NCBI RefSeq assembly: GCF_042180575.1
Contig: NZ_CP170094.1
Span: forward strand, 1,848,604-1,912,603
DNA from: Bernardetia sp. OM2101
Lineage (GTDB): Bacteria > Bacteroidota > Bacteroidia > Cytophagales > Bernardetiaceae
Reading direction: 5' to 3'
DNA: 64,000 nt
How positions within the stretch are numbered: the stretch's first letter is position 1; each line of letters starts with the position of its first letter. Position numbers and translations under genes: made by a program. Under the pieces are notes generated by a model, which saw only the letters and a list, made by a program, of their open reading frames with translations, was not told the DNA's origin and searched no databases. Of the stretch, positions 19,446-30,361 are shown in pieces.

Positions 19446-20840
19446 ATGATTGACAATAACATCTATTATACGCCCCGACAAATCGTTGAGGAGCTTGACA
19501 AATATATCATCGGACAACACGACGCTAAAAGAAATGTAGCCATTGCGCTGCGTAATCGTTGGAGACGCATGCACGTCAAATCAGATATGCAACGTGAAAT
19601 TATGCCAAACAATATTTTAATGATTGGTTCAACAGGTGTTGGAAAAACAGAAATTGCTCGTCGTTTGGCAAAAGTAGCAAATGCTCCTTTTGTAAAAGTA
19701 GAGGCTTCAAAATTTACAGAAGTGGGTTATGTGGGACGTGATGTAGAAAGTATGGTGCGTGATTTGGTAGAACAAGCTGTCAAACTTATTCAAACTGAAA
19801 AGCGTGATGCCGTAAAACAAAAAGCAGAAAAAGCTGTCGAAGATATTATTTTAGATGCACTTATTCCACCTCTAAAAAATAGACAACCTTCTACTGCACC
19901 TTCTACGGTCGGTTTTTCTGATGAAATGCCTACTTCTGATGCCGAGCTTAATGAAAGAACAAGAGAGCGTTTTAGAGAGAAATTACGTGTAGGAGAATTA
20001 GAAGACCGAAAAATTGAGATTACATTAGAATCTAGTAATAATCCTGGTGTTGGTGTTGTAGGTGGTGCGATTGATGAAGTTTCGATGATGAATCTTCAAG
20101 AAATGTTAAGTGGAATGTTACCTTCTCGTTCCAAAAAACGTAAAGTTACGATTGAAGAAGCTAGAAAGTTGCTTTTAGAAGAAGAAGCCTTCAAACTTAT
20201 TGATATGGATGAGGTAAAAATAGAAGCCATCAAAAAAGCTGAAAATTCAGGAATTATTTTTATTGATGAAATTGATAAAGTAGCCTCTTCGGGAAATAAA
20301 GGTGGAGGAGCTGATGTAAGTCGTGAAGGTGTGCAGCGTGATTTATTGCCGATTGTAGAAGGAAGTGCCGTAACTACAAAACACGGAATTGTAAATACAG
20401 ACCATATTTTATTTATTGCAGCAGGAGCTTTTCACGTTTCAAAACCTTCGGATTTGATTCCAGAGTTACAAGGACGTTTTCCAATTCGTGTAGAACTCAA
20501 TTCACTTACAAAAGAAGATTTCCATAAAATCTTGAAAGACCCAAAAAATGCCCTTAGTAAACAATATGTTTCTCTTTTGGAGTCGGAAGGCGTAAAACTA
20601 ACATATCAAGAAGATGCCTTGGAAGAAATTGCTGATATTGCTTTTCATATTAATAGTGAACTTGAAAATATTGGAGCAAGACGTTTGAATACAGTGATGA
20701 GTCATTTATTAAATGAAATTTTATTTGATATTCCAGATACTATTCCTCCAAATGCTCATGTAGTAATCACAAAAGAAATGGTACAAGAAAAACTCAAAGC
20801 TCTTGTCAAAAATAGAGATTTGAGTCAGTATATTCTTTAA
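19446..20840 (+). CDS. hslU: ATP-dependent protease ATPase subunit HslU
   Basis: 464 aa. It has the N-terminal motif TPRQIVEELDKYIIGQHDAKRNVAIALRNRWRR and the Walker A motif IGSTGVGKTEIARRLAK. Confidence 0.93.
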   Translation: MIDNNIYYTPRQIVEELDKYIIGQHDAKRNVAIALRNRWRRMHVKSDMQREIMPNNILMIGSTGVGKTEIARRLAKVANAPFVKVEASKFTEVGYVGRDVESMVRDLVEQAVKLIQTEKRDAVKQKAEKAVEDIILDALIPPLKNRQPSTAPSTVGFSDEMPTSDAELNERTRERFREKLRVGELEDRKIEITLESSNNPGVGVVGGAIDEVSMMNLQEMLSGMLPSRSKKRKVTIEEARKLLLEEEAFKLIDMDEVKIEAIKKAENSGIIFIDEIDKVASSGNKGGGADVSREGVQRDLLPIVEGSAVTTKHGIVNTDHILFIAAGAFHVSKPSDLIPELQGRFPIRVELNSLTKEDFHKILKDPKNALSKQYVSLLESEGVKLTYQEDALEEIADIAFHINSELENIGARRLNTVMSHLLNEILFDIPDTIPPNAHVVITKEMVQEKLKALVKNRDLSQYIL

Positions 20841-20931
20841 AAAAAGAAAGTATTGTTGATGAAAAGGAAGTTCTAAACATCAACAACAATAATTTTTCAA
20901 AAAAACAAACTATATAGACTATTAAAATCTC

Positions 20932-20975
20932 AAAAATCCATAGCATAGAAAATCTCTATTTTATGGATTTTTTTA
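20932..20975 (+). terminator. Rho-independent terminator after hslU
   Basis: AAAAATCCATAGCATAGAAAATCTCTATTTTATGGATTTTTTT. Confidence 0.6.
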
Positions 20976-21058
20976 TAATTTCTTTTTAGAAAAAAACAAA
21001 ATTTATTTCACAACAATTTATTAAATTGCTACTTCATCCAACCATTTAAAAAAACACT

Positions 21059-22087
21059 ATGTCGACAGAACAGATTATTCTATTTAGTATTCTTGGCGTA
21101 ATCGTATTAGGGCTTGCTTATGTTATCCGAACCTATATTCCGATTAATTTATGGATTACGGCCATTTTCTCAGGGGTGCGTTTGGGTTTACTAGAACTGG
21201 TAGCTATGCGAATCAGAAATGTTCGTCCACGTAAAATTGTTTTGCCTCTCATTAATGCTAGTAAAGCAGGATTGAAGGAAATTACAGCCTCCGATCTAGA
21301 AACTCACTTTTTGGCTGGTGGTAGTGTTGAGGAAGTCGTAAAAGCCTTGATTGCAGCTGACAAAGCAAATATTGATTTGAGTTTCAAACAAGCTGCTGCG
21401 ATTGATTTAGCAGGTAGAGATGTTTCAGAAGCCGTTCAAATCTCAGTTAATCCAAAAGTAATTACAACCAATGCTGTTACTTCAGTAGCCCAAGATGGTA
21501 TTCAGCTTATCACAAAAGCTCGTGTTACACTTCGTGCAAATATTGCTCAATTAGTCGGTGGTGCAGGCGAAGAAACTATTTTGGCTCGTGTTGGTGAGGG
21601 TATCGTAACGGCAGTAGGTTCGTCGCATTCTCACAAAGACGTTTTGGAAAACCCTGATAGAATCTCAAAACTTGTTTTGGAAAAAGGACTTGATGCTGGA
21701 ACAGCCTTTGAAATATTATCGATTGATATTGCAGATATTGATGTAGGAGAAAATATTGGAGCAAAACTTCAAATCGAACAAGCCAATGCCGACCTTAGAG
21801 TAGCAGAAGCAAAAGCTGAAGAACGTCGTGCAATGGCAATCGCAGTAGAACAAGAAATGAAAGCAAAAGCACAAGCGTCAAGAGCAAAAGTAATTGAAGC
21901 AGAAGCTGAAGTTCCAAAAGCACTAGCAGAAGCCTTACGTAGTGGAAACTTCGGAATTATGGATTATCAACGTTTACGCAATATGCAAGCCGATACACTC
22001 ATGCGTGAATCGATTGCAGCTCCAGAAGAACAACCTCAAAAACGTAGAAATGATGATGATGGTGGTTATAATCCTCCTAGAATATAA
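21059..22087 (+). CDS. floA: Flotillin-like protein FloA (YqfA family)
   Basis: 342 aa, near-collinear with B. subtilis FloA (NPLIKAHKAGL / [27 protein letters not shown] / [18 protein letters not shown]). Confidence 0.88.
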   Translation: MSTEQIILFSILGVIVLGLAYVIRTYIPINLWITAIFSGVRLGLLELVAMRIRNVRPRKIVLPLINASKAGLKEITASDLETHFLAGGSVEEVVKALIAADKANIDLSFKQAAAIDLAGRDVSEAVQISVNPKVITTNAVTSVAQDGIQLITKARVTLRANIAQLVGGAGEETILARVGEGIVTAVGSSHSHKDVLENPDRISKLVLEKGLDAGTAFEILSIDIADIDVGENIGAKLQIEQANADLRVAEAKAEERRAMAIAVEQEMKAKAQASRAKVIEAEAEVPKALAEALRSGNFGIMDYQRLRNMQADTLMRESIAAPEEQPQKRRNDDDGGYNPPRI

Positions 22088-22107
22088 AAGAAAATTTAAA
22101 AAGAATG

Positions 22108-22147
22108 AAACTCCTATTTTTCAGTTATGAGAACTAGGAGTTTTTTA
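22108..22147 (+). terminator. Rho-independent terminator after floA
   Basis: AAACTCCTATTTTTCAGTTATGAGAACTAGGAGTTTTTTA. Confidence 0.6.
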
Positions 22148-22249
22148 TAAATTGTCATTTTATTTTTATCGAAAACATAGGTCATACACTGTAATTAGTT
22201 TGATAATAGCCTAAAAAGTAGTATTATTGGTAGAACAACTCTTAATGAT

Positions 22250-25200
22250 ATGATAAAAAAACTACATTTTACTTCTCTTTTTGTAGCAACCTATTTATAT
22301 TTCTGTCTGGTCATTAATTTATATGCCCAGCCTCAACTTAATACTACTGCCCAACAAGGACTTACTCCAGACAAAAGTTTAACTCAATATATTCTTACAA
22401 ACTGGACAACAGTAGAGGGAATGCCTTCAAATACAACAAACCATATTACTCAAGATAATATTGGTTTTATTTGGGTTACGGGATATGATGGTTTAGTTAG
22501 ATTTGACGGTGCAAACTTTCATACTTATACTAATTCGACAAACCCTGAATTTAATACAAATAGTTTCACTGCATTAGAAGTAGAAACTAATGAAAGTGGT
22601 AAGGAATCCGAAATTTGGATAGGATCGGAAGGAAATGGTCTTGTACATTACAAAAATCGTCAAATTGAATCTCTTTTTGATACCTTATCAGTACGTATAG
22701 AAACTATCTATGTAGAAAAAAGTAGAAATAATCAGCCCAAACGAATTTGGCTAGGAACAAGAGGAAAAGGGATTTATTTTGTAGAAAATGAAAGATTGAT
22801 AAGGTGGGAAGGAGCAAAAAACACAACTGGACAAATAAATAATTATCAGAATACTACTGTTAAAAAAATAACAGGAGACCAAAAAGGAAATATTTATTTT
22901 GCCATTACTAAAGTTGGGCTTGTTCATTTTGATGGACAAAAAATAAAAGAGTTTACACAAGAAAATGGATTACCTACCGATAATGTTACAGAGATTTTGT
23001 ATGAAGAAAATTATAAAAACACCAAAATATATATCGGAACAACAGAAGGAATAGCTGTTTTAGAAAATAATCAAATCAGAAAATTAGAGTTTACTTCTCA
23101 AGATTATATAAATTCTATTTATATAGATAATTTTAGTAGTATTTGGGTAGGAACAAATAATGGATTACTTAGAATTACCCAAGATAATAAAGTAGAGCGA
23201 CTGAATGAAAGCAATGGTTTGCCTCATAATATAGTTAGAAAAATTATTCAAGATAAAGAAAAAAATATTTGGTTTACTTGTTATAAAGGAGGGATTGTTC
23301 AACTAAAACAAGGAAAGTTTACTAATTATACCACGACAGATGGGCTCTCAAATAACTCAATAAATATATTAGAACCTTTTGATAAAAATACCCTTTTGGT
23401 AGGGTCAGATTTTCCACAACTAGATATTATTCACCAAGGTAATGCTATGGCTTTTGGACACCCTCTCCAACGTATAACAGCCCGTGTAAAAACCATTAAA
23501 AAAGCTTCTGATGGCTCTGTTTGGTTAGGTTCAGACAACGGAGTAATACAACTTCAAAATTTTGACCCATTAGCCAAAATACCTTATACAAAAGAAGTAT
23601 TTTACAATGAAAAAAATGGGCTTTCAAGTAATATTGTAAGAACAATTCTTGAAGATAAAAATCATAATATCTGGATAGGAACACGTACAGGAGGAATTAC
23701 CATAATTTCACCCTCTGGAGAGATTACCTATCACAATACAGACACAGACTTTCCTTCTAATTTTATAATGTCTATAAAGCAAGATGAAAACGGAATTATT
23801 TGGGTAGGAACAAATAATGCTGGTATCATAAAACTCAAAGACAAAAAACAATTAGAACATATCTCAACAGAACAAGGCTTAGTAAGCGACCTAGTTTTTA
23901 GTACATATTTTGATAAAGATAATACAGTTTGGGCAACTACTACACAAGGTATTAGCAAGATTGAAAATAATAAAATTACAAATTTCACAGCCAAAAATGG
24001 ATTACCTGTTTCAAGTATTTTTGATATACTAGAAGATAAAGTTGGTAATTTTTGGTGTACGACAAGTCAAGGTATTTTTGTGATGGCAAAAAAAGACTTT
24101 GAAAAAATTACCAATGGAGAAATTGAAAAAATTCCTTTCGAACTTTTCAATAAAAGTGATGGCATGAAAGAAAGTCAATGTTCGGGTGCATCATTTTCAA
24201 TACAAACTTCAGATGGGAAATTTTGGATTCCTACTGTTGGAGGTGTTGTGTCTATCGATCCTAGCTCTATCCCTACAAATCAAATACACCCTAATGTCGC
24301 TATTAATAAAATTATAGTTGATGGAAACTCTATGTTTACGAACCAAGAACCTGTACTACTTCCAGCAGGTACACAACGTATTGTGTTTGAGTATTCAGGA
24401 CTTAGTTTTGTTCATCCTTCTGATGTAAAGTTTAGATATAAAGTAAAAGGTATAGACAAAGATTGGATATCAGCAGAAGAGGAAAGAAAAGCCACCTATA
24501 CAAACCTTCCTCCTAATACATATATATTTCAATTAGAAGCCTATAATGAAGAAGGATTAAAAAGTGATGAAATAGCTACTCTTGAGTTTAAAATAGAACC
24601 TCTTTTTTATCAAACTACAGTATTCAAAGTTATTACACTTATTTTGTTTTTTGTCATCATTTATTTGGTTTATAGATGGAGAGTGAGGCGAGTAGAAAAA
24701 CGAAATCAAAGACTAGAAAAAACAGTAGAACAGCGTACAGCCGAAATAAATCAACAAAAAGAAGAAATACAAGTACAACATGAAAGATTAGAAAATTCAT
24801 ACAAGAACATCGACCTTGTTAGTAAAATGGGACAACAAATAACGGCTGAACTAGACCTCAAAACTATTGTTGAAATTGTATATATACAAGTAGAAAAACT
24901 AATGTCTACTGATGGTTTCGGAATTGGAATGTACAATGAGTTTAGTAATACACTAGATTTTAAATATTATATCGAAAAAGGTAAAATACAGCCTAATTCT
25001 TCTGATTCTTTAGATAATGATACACTTCTTTCTGTCAAATCATTTACCAAAAAAGAAGAAATTTGGATTAATGATATGGAGAAGGATTATAAACATTATA
25101 ATCAGCTAAAAGAAGTAATTCAAGATGGTATTACTAATGCAGTAATTTATGTTCCTTTATTCCTAAACAATCAAATTGTGGGTGTTTTGACAGTACAAAG

Positions 25201-26083
25201 TTTTGATAAAAATGCCTATAAACCCGAATCAGTTGCTGTACTCAGAGCATTAAGTTCTTATATTACAATTGCTCTTTCGAATGCAAAATCATTTTCTACT
25301 ATTCAACAAAAAAATCAAGAAATTACAGATAGTATCCGATATGCTCAAACCATACAACAGGCTGTTTTGCCAGCAAAAGAAAAATTAAGAGAGGTTTTTG
25401 AGGATAATTTATTGGTTTATCTTCCTAAAGATGTCGTAAGTGGTGATTTTTATTGGTTGAGTCATACGGCTGGAGGAACATATTTAGTTGTTGCAGATTG
25501 TACAGGACATGGCGTTCCAGGAGCATTTATGGCTTTGATAGGTATTTCCATTTTTAATGAGTTGATAAATATTCAAAATATGGAAGAACCTGCTGATATT
25601 TTGGAGAAATTAGATCAAGAAATACAAGATGCTCTACAACAACAACAAGCCAAAAATAGTGATGGAATGGATTTGGTACTTTGTAAAATAGAAACTGAAA
25701 ACCTACAAAATGACAGAACTAAAATTACTTTTGCAGGTGCAAAAAATAGTTTGTTTTTCTCTCATAATGGAAAAATAGAAAGGATAAAAGGAAGCAGACG
25801 TTCGATTGGAGGAAGAAGAAGTCGAAAAAGTAAAACTCCTTTTACTCAAAATATAGTAGAACTAGAAAAAGGAGAAATATTATATTTGACAACAGATGGA
25901 TACATAGACCAAAATGCACCTAACGAACAGCGTTTGGGTACTCAAGCATTTATGGATAGATTAGATACCATAAAAGATATTCCCTTAAAAGAACAACAAA
26001 AACTATTATTAAAAACACTTAAAGATTATCAAAAAGATGCTCCTCAAAGAGATGACATAGCTATTGTAGGTGTAAAATTATAA
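22250..26083 (+). CDS. Multidomain sensor protein. It has a periplasmic two-component-regulator beta-propeller with Y_Y_Y repeats, a TM helix, a coiled coil, and a GAF-like region. The output domain is a C-terminal PP2C/SpoIIE-type serine phosphatase.
   Basis: 1277 aa with a signal peptide. It has repeated GLxxNxVxxIxxDxxGxIWIGT propeller motifs and a TM segment (VITLILFFVIIYLVY). The SpoIIE hallmark GDFYW...VADCTGHGVPGAFM is present. Confidence 0.85.
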   Translation: MIKKLHFTSLFVATYLYFCLVINLYAQPQLNTTAQQGLTPDKSLTQYILTNWTTVEGMPSNTTNHITQDNIGFIWVTGYDGLVRFDGANFHTYTNSTNPEFNTNSFTALEVETNESGKESEIWIGSEGNGLVHYKNRQIESLFDTLSVRIETIYVEKSRNNQPKRIWLGTRGKGIYFVENERLIRWEGAKNTTGQINNYQNTTVKKITGDQKGNIYFAITKVGLVHFDGQKIKEFTQENGLPTDNVTEILYEENYKNTKIYIGTTEGIAVLENNQIRKLEFTSQDYINSIYIDNFSSIWVGTNNGLLRITQDNKVERLNESNGLPHNIVRKIIQDKEKNIWFTCYKGGIVQLKQGKFTNYTTTDGLSNNSINILEPFDKNTLLVGSDFPQLDIIHQGNAMAFGHPLQRITARVKTIKKASDGSVWLGSDNGVIQLQNFDPLAKIPYTKEVFYNEKNGLSSNIVRTILEDKNHNIWIGTRTGGITIISPSGEITYHNTDTDFPSNFIMSIKQDENGIIWVGTNNAGIIKLKDKKQLEHISTEQGLVSDLVFSTYFDKDNTVWATTTQGISKIENNKITNFTAKNGLPVSSIFDILEDKVGNFWCTTSQGIFVMAKKDFEKITNGEIEKIPFELFNKSDGMKESQCSGASFSIQTSDGKFWIPTVGGVVSIDPSSIPTNQIHPNVAINKIIVDGNSMFTNQEPVLLPAGTQRIVFEYSGLSFVHPSDVKFRYKVKGIDKDWISAEEERKATYTNLPPNTYIFQLEAYNEEGLKSDEIATLEFKIEPLFYQTTVFKVITLILFFVIIYLVYRWRVRRVEKRNQRLEKTVEQRTAEINQQKEEIQVQHERLENSYKNIDLVSKMGQQITAELDLKTIVEIVYIQVEKLMSTDGFGIGMYNEFSNTLDFKYYIEKGKIQPNSSDSLDNDTLLSVKSFTKKEEIWINDMEKDYKHYNQLKEVIQDGITNAVIYVPLFLNNQIVGVLTVQSFDKNAYKPESVAVLRALSSYITIALSNAKSFSTIQQKNQEITDSIRYAQTIQQAVLPAKEKLREVFEDNLLVYLPKDVVSGDFYWLSHTAGGTYLVVADCTGHGVPGAFMALIGISIFNELINIQNMEEPADILEKLDQEIQDALQQQQAKNSDGMDLVLCKIETENLQNDRTKITFAGAKNSLFFSHNGKIERIKGSRRSIGGRRSRKSKTPFTQNIVELEKGEILYLTTDGYIDQNAPNEQRLGTQAFMDRLDTIKDIPLKEQQKLLLKTLKDYQKDAPQRDDIAIVGVKL

Positions 26084-26096
26084 CTCTTTTTATAAA

Positions 26097-27155
26097 TTAC
26101 CTATCCAAGTTTTCTTTCCAAGTAGAAAAAGCAGGTCGCTCATTTCCATCCTCATCTAAAAGTCCTGTATCTCTCCAAATACTTCCCAAATCTTTCGAAT
26201 CTTCTGGAAAAAACTCTAATAATCTGTCATAATCTCTATGCGCCCACCAAATTACAAACTCATAATTTTGCTCTTGGGCATTTTCAAGTAGCGTTTCTAA
26301 ATAAATATTTTGTTCTTCTTCTGATGAAGTAATAAATACATTGAGGTTTGGAATAGATAAATCTTGCGCTAAAGCATTCGTTTCTACAAAAGCAATTGGC
26401 TTAGAAGTTTGGGTATGTAAAAAATCAAATGCACCTTGAAACTCTGTCTTTGTGTGTTTTTGCATCACAAAAGCATAAAAACTAACAGCTAAGAAATCTG
26501 ATTTTTGACTATATGTTTTAATATCATCTACAAAATCAGTGCGTTGTTGATACCAACTATGTAAAGTAAATGATTCTGCTAGTTGCAGATTAGGATATTT
26601 TGTTTTTAAACGAATTCTTAATTTATCACCCAAAATTTTATATTCATTCCATTTACCCGAATTATTGGTCAATAATTCATTGACTTCCATTGCCATTACC
26701 AAATAATCAGGATTGAATCTATCTACCAAATACACCAAATAATCAAAATAGGCATTTTCGATATGTGTATCAGAAAGAGAAGTATAAGCAGGGACTTGTT
26801 CATTATATCCTTCCTGTAAATCATTTCTCAACGTATTTAATAAACTTACAGAAAGCAGTAATTGATGTGAATTAATTTTACGGCTAATTTTGCCATCAAC
26901 TTCATCTACAAATTCGGTTGGAAAAGCTGTTTGATTAATGAGAGCTTCCCAAGGAATTTTGCCATCTATGTGTTCAGAATAAATGTCTGCATTTTGTTCG
27001 ATAAAAGAATAGGTAGAATTGACAGCTTCCAAACTAAAATCATAAGGCCAAGTAGTAAAACCCATTTTGTAATTACGTTTTTCTACATCAATATTGTCTT
27101 TCGAACAAGAAAAAAACAAAAGAGAAACAAAAATCAGAGATAGGTAAAATTTCAT
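26097..27155 (-). CDS. Lipoprotein, putative clan GH-A-like glycoside hydrolase (TIM barrel)
   Basis: 352 aa with a lipobox (LLFFSCSKD). A candidate acid/base sits at MAMEVNELL and a candidate nucleophile at AFVETNAL. Confidence 0.4.
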   Translation of the reverse strand: MKFYLSLIFVSLLFFSCSKDNIDVEKRNYKMGFTTWPYDFSLEAVNSTYSFIEQNADIYSEHIDGKIPWEALINQTAFPTEFVDEVDGKISRKINSHQLLLSVSLLNTLRNDLQEGYNEQVPAYTSLSDTHIENAYFDYLVYLVDRFNPDYLVMAMEVNELLTNNSGKWNEYKILGDKLRIRLKTKYPNLQLAESFTLHSWYQQRTDFVDDIKTYSQKSDFLAVSFYAFVMQKHTKTEFQGAFDFLHTQTSKPIAFVETNALAQDLSIPNLNVFITSSEEEQNIYLETLLENAQEQNYEFVIWWAHRDYDRLLEFFPEDSKDLGSIWRDTGLLDEDGNERPAFSTWKENLDR

Positions 27156-27260
27156 ACGATTATGGATTAGTCGAAAAATAAAAAATTATTCAACTAGACC
27201 TATTCAAATTTTATGCTTGATTTTCCTTAGTGTTAAAATACACTTTGATTTAAAATAATT

Positions 27261-28520
27261 CTACAAAAATAACAAAGAAGAATCTCCATAACTCAAAAAA
27301 CGATAATCATTATCCAAAGCCGTTTGATAAATTTTTCTCCAATCTTCTCCAATAAAAGCAGCTACAAGCAAAATAAGTGTAGTTTGTGGCATGTGAAAAT
27401 TAGTAACTAGCGCATCACAAACACGGAAAGTATAAGAAGGAAGAATAAAAATTTCGGTTTCTCCTGTCAGTTTGGATTGATTAGAATCATTCATATACTT
27501 CAAAATTGCTTCAAAACTTTCTTTTTTGGAAGGCAATTTTATTTCAGAATCATAGCTATAAGGTTCTAATTTTTCTACAAAAAAAGTCGTATTTTCTTTT
27601 AAAATAATCTTCGTTCCATACCAGTACAAACTCTCTAAAGTTCGCATGGAAGTTGTTCCGACAGAAGCCGCTTTTTCAGAATCAATGATGCTTCTTATAT
27701 TCTCTTTTGTAACTACAATCTGTTCACAGTGCATTGTATGAGTGGCTACATTTCCAGCATTTTCTTTTTTGACAGGTTGGAAAGTTCCTGCACCTACATG
27801 AAGTGTAAGTTCGTTAGTTTGAATATTTTTGTCTGCAAGATTTTTGAGAACATCTTGTGTAAAATGCAGTCCTGCTGTGGGTGCTGCGACTGCTCCTGCT
27901 GCCTTGCTATAAATGGTCTGATATGTATTAGCATCTTTTTGTGCAGCTTTTCTTTTTATATAAGGAGGCAAAGGCATGACACCTAATTTTTCTACAATAT
28001 CTACAAAAGGAATTTCTATTTTTTGATTATTTTTATCTAGCCTTTTCCATTCTAGTTCTATCAAAAGCTCATTTCTATCAGCTATTTTGGCTTCAATTAG
28101 GATTTTTTGATTATCAATTTCTAATTCTCTTTCTAATGTCAATCCATCTTTCCATCTTTTTAGATTGCCTACAACACATTTCCAGGTACACTTTTCTGTA
28201 TTGAGCATTGCCTCACTAACATCAGCAGTAGGTAAAACTGGATGTAATAAAAATATTTCGATAGTTGCACCTTTTCCATTTTGTCCTTTTTGAGTAGCCT
28301 TTTTTTCAAATAAAAGACGTGCAGGAATAACCTTCGTATTATTAAAATACAAAGTATAATCTTCATCAAGAAAATCAGTAATTTCTGTAAAATGATGATG
28401 CGAAATAGTGCCTTTTTTATAAACTAAAAGCTTCGAACTATCTCGTTTTTCTAAAGGGTTTTGAGCAATTTTTTCGCTCGGCAAATGATAGGTATAATCT
28501 TCTAAATTTATCTTTTCCAC
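27261..28520 (-). CDS. queA: S-adenosylmethionine:tRNA ribosyltransferase-isomerase QueA (with an internal insertion)
   Basis: 419 aa. It has the N-terminal motif DYTYHLPSEKIAQNPLEKRDSSKLLVY and the C-terminal motif TTSMRTLES...GDS. Confidence 0.85.
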   Translation of the reverse strand: MEKINLEDYTYHLPSEKIAQNPLEKRDSSKLLVYKKGTISHHHFTEITDFLDEDYTLYFNNTKVIPARLLFEKKATQKGQNGKGATIEIFLLHPVLPTADVSEAMLNTEKCTWKCVVGNLKRWKDGLTLERELEIDNQKILIEAKIADRNELLIELEWKRLDKNNQKIEIPFVDIVEKLGVMPLPPYIKRKAAQKDANTYQTIYSKAAGAVAAPTAGLHFTQDVLKNLADKNIQTNELTLHVGAGTFQPVKKENAGNVATHTMHCEQIVVTKENIRSIIDSEKAASVGTTSMRTLESLYWYGTKIILKENTTFFVEKLEPYSYDSEIKLPSKKESFEAILKYMNDSNQSKLTGETEIFILPSYTFRVCDALVTNFHMPQTTLILLVAAFIGEDWRKIYQTALDNDYRFLSYGDSSLLFL

Positions 28521-28707
28521 TTTGCAGTTATTCAGTTATCAGTAAACAGTTATCAGTTAATTTCTAATAGCTTTACTATGGGTTTGATAAAAAAATCATC
28601 GAATATATTATGTAAATTAACTCTTAATAGTTTTTTACAAAAAATCTAATCATAATTTTTAATTAGCTTCGCTGCTTTAGCAGGTCGTAATTCGTAATTG
28701 AACAAAA

Positions 28708-29127
28708 TTAGTTTAAAACTGAATTAGTAACATTAAAAGTCATCTTGACAGTTCTTCCTTCATCCAAGAAATCAACTTTATCAGCCAAATTTCTCACTAA
28801 GAAAATTCCTCTTCCTCCGATAGTAAGTAAGTTTTCGGGTGCAGTTGGGTCAGGGAGAGAATTTGGATCAAATCCTTTTCCTTGGTCTTTTATCGTAAAA
28901 AACAATTTTTCTTTTCCCACTTCTAAACTCAAATCGACTTCTTTATTTTTATCTTTTCCATTTCCATGAATAATGGCATTATTGACAGCTTCGGTAACAG
29001 CAACCATAATATTTCCGTATATATCATCATTTAAGTTAAACTTATCACGAGCATTATCTATAAAACTCTCTACAATACGGATATTTTCTAAAAGGGAAGG
29101 TATTTTGATGTGCAAAACTGATTTCAT
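28708..29127 (-). CDS. RsbW-like anti-sigma regulatory factor / serine protein kinase (HATPase_c fold)
   Basis: 139 aa with the motifs AVTEAVNNAIIHGN and DQGKGFDP...GGRGIFLVRNLADKV. Confidence 0.75.
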   Translation of the reverse strand: MKSVLHIKIPSLLENIRIVESFIDNARDKFNLNDDIYGNIMVAVTEAVNNAIIHGNGKDKNKEVDLSLEVGKEKLFFTIKDQGKGFDPNSLPDPTAPENLLTIGGRGIFLVRNLADKVDFLDEGRTVKMTFNVTNSVLN

Positions 29128-29463
29128 AATAGTTGATATGTTGCAATATATATAATTAAAAAAAGGGAATTAATGGTAACAACTAATAAATGAGAATTAA
29201 AATATTAATCCATTCTCAAAATTACTAAATTTAGGGTAGTTACTGGTTTTGTAGTAGAAAATTTCTAGATTCAAATGTCAAATATAAGAATGTTATAAAA
29301 ATAAACTTAGTATTGAGGCTCAATTTTCTCATTTTTTTTGACATTTATTAAAAAACATAGAAAACTATAGAATAAACAAGAAATTATTCTAACCAAATCA
29401 TAACGTAAATATACCTCACAACGTTCTAATTAAATTAATTATCAAAATAATACTATTTCTATT

Positions 29464-29700
29464 GTGATACTAAAAGCTATTTCACGTTTCTTCTCTTACA
29501 TTTTTTTAGCAATCGTTCGATTTTATCAATATTTTATTTCGCCGATGCTTCCTCCTCGTTGTCGTTATACGCCCACATGTTCAGCTTATATGGTCGAATC
29601 AATACAAAAACACGGTGCTTTCAAAGGAGGTTGGAAAGGATTAAAAAGAATTGGAAGATGCCACCCTTGGGGAGGAAGTGGGTATGACCCTGTGGAATGA
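29464..29700 (+). CDS. yidD: Membrane protein insertion efficiency factor YidD
   Basis: 78 aa with a GTG start. It contains [57 protein letters not shown]. Confidence 0.85.
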   Translation: MILKAISRFFSYIFLAIVRFYQYFISPMLPPRCRYTPTCSAYMVESIQKHGAFKGGWKGLKRIGRCHPWGGSGYDPVE

Positions 29701-29731
29701 TTTATTTTTGAAATAATATTTCATTTATAAA

Positions 29732-29765
29732 TGTAGGGCAAAGGCTTGCCTTTGACCTACAATGA
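29732..29765. repeat. REP hairpin (TGTAGGGCAAAGGCTTGCCTTTGACCTACAATGAT) at the 3-prime flank of the RAYT gene
   Basis: A perfect palindrome of the GTAGG-CAAAGGC type. Confidence 0.8.
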
Positions 29766-29776
29766 TTACATATATT

Positions 29777-30310
29777 TTATGGCGTAAAAAACGTATCATC
29801 TTCCCAGTTTTCTACATTGTTTTGAATGTAATTTGAAATGTGTTGATATGATTTTTCATCTCTAATAATGTGATCATTAAAACGAGCTTGCCAAGCAGAT
29901 TCTAATCCTAAACGATTTACGTGTTTGGTTACTCCAGACTTAAAACCTCCAATAATAGAGGAAATAGTATCTTTACCTTGATTTTGAAAGCGATTTTTCG
30001 TAAAACCTTCTGAGTTTAGTTCTGTCTTTTCTTCTATTATCATAGGCTTATCTATCGTAATAATTGTGTGCAAATGGTTTGGCATTATTACAAATTCTTC
30101 CAACTCCACATATGTTCTATGAATAGGGATTTGATGCCACAAAACATCAACTATAACACCCACTTTTGAGAGTTCCATTTTTTTATCTTTTATCTTACCA
30201 AAAAAGTGTTCTTTATTTTTAGTGCAAATAGTAATAAAATAAGCACCATTCCAATCATAATTCCACCATTCTGCTCGTATGATAGGCTTTCTGTAATTTT
30301 TATGTTTCAT
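29777..30310 (-). CDS. REP-associated tyrosine transposase (RAYT, IS200/IS605-like HUH Y1 transposase)
   Basis: 177 aa with the HUH motif (IMPNHLHTIITI) and a catalytic Tyr region (SYQHISNYIQNNVENW). REP hairpins flank it on both sides. Confidence 0.8.
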   Translation of the reverse strand: MKHKNYRKPIIRAEWWNYDWNGAYFITICTKNKEHFFGKIKDKKMELSKVGVIVDVLWHQIPIHRTYVELEEFVIMPNHLHTIITIDKPMIIEEKTELNSEGFTKNRFQNQGKDTISSIIGGFKSGVTKHVNRLGLESAWQARFNDHIIRDEKSYQHISNYIQNNVENWEDDTFFTP

Positions 30311-30335
30311 TTTGTTTTATTTGAATTTTTGAATT

Positions 30336-30360
30336 TGTAGGTCAAAGGCAAGCCTTTGAC
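30336..30360. repeat. REP (5-prime arm plus inner hairpin: TGTAGGTCAAAGGCAAGCCTTTGAC) at the 5-prime flank of RAYT
   Basis: An 18-bp segment CAAAGGCAAGCCTTTGAC is duplicated at 30516-30533, on the other side of the microsatellite. Confidence 0.75.
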
Positions 30361-30361
30361 G

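Noticed and set aside
28521-28565. Direct repeats CAGTTATCAGTAAACAGTTATCAGTTAA upstream of queA as a regulator binding site
   Set aside because: The repeats are real, but with only two short copies and no partner regulator or precedent they are too weak to call. They are noted only as a possible operator.
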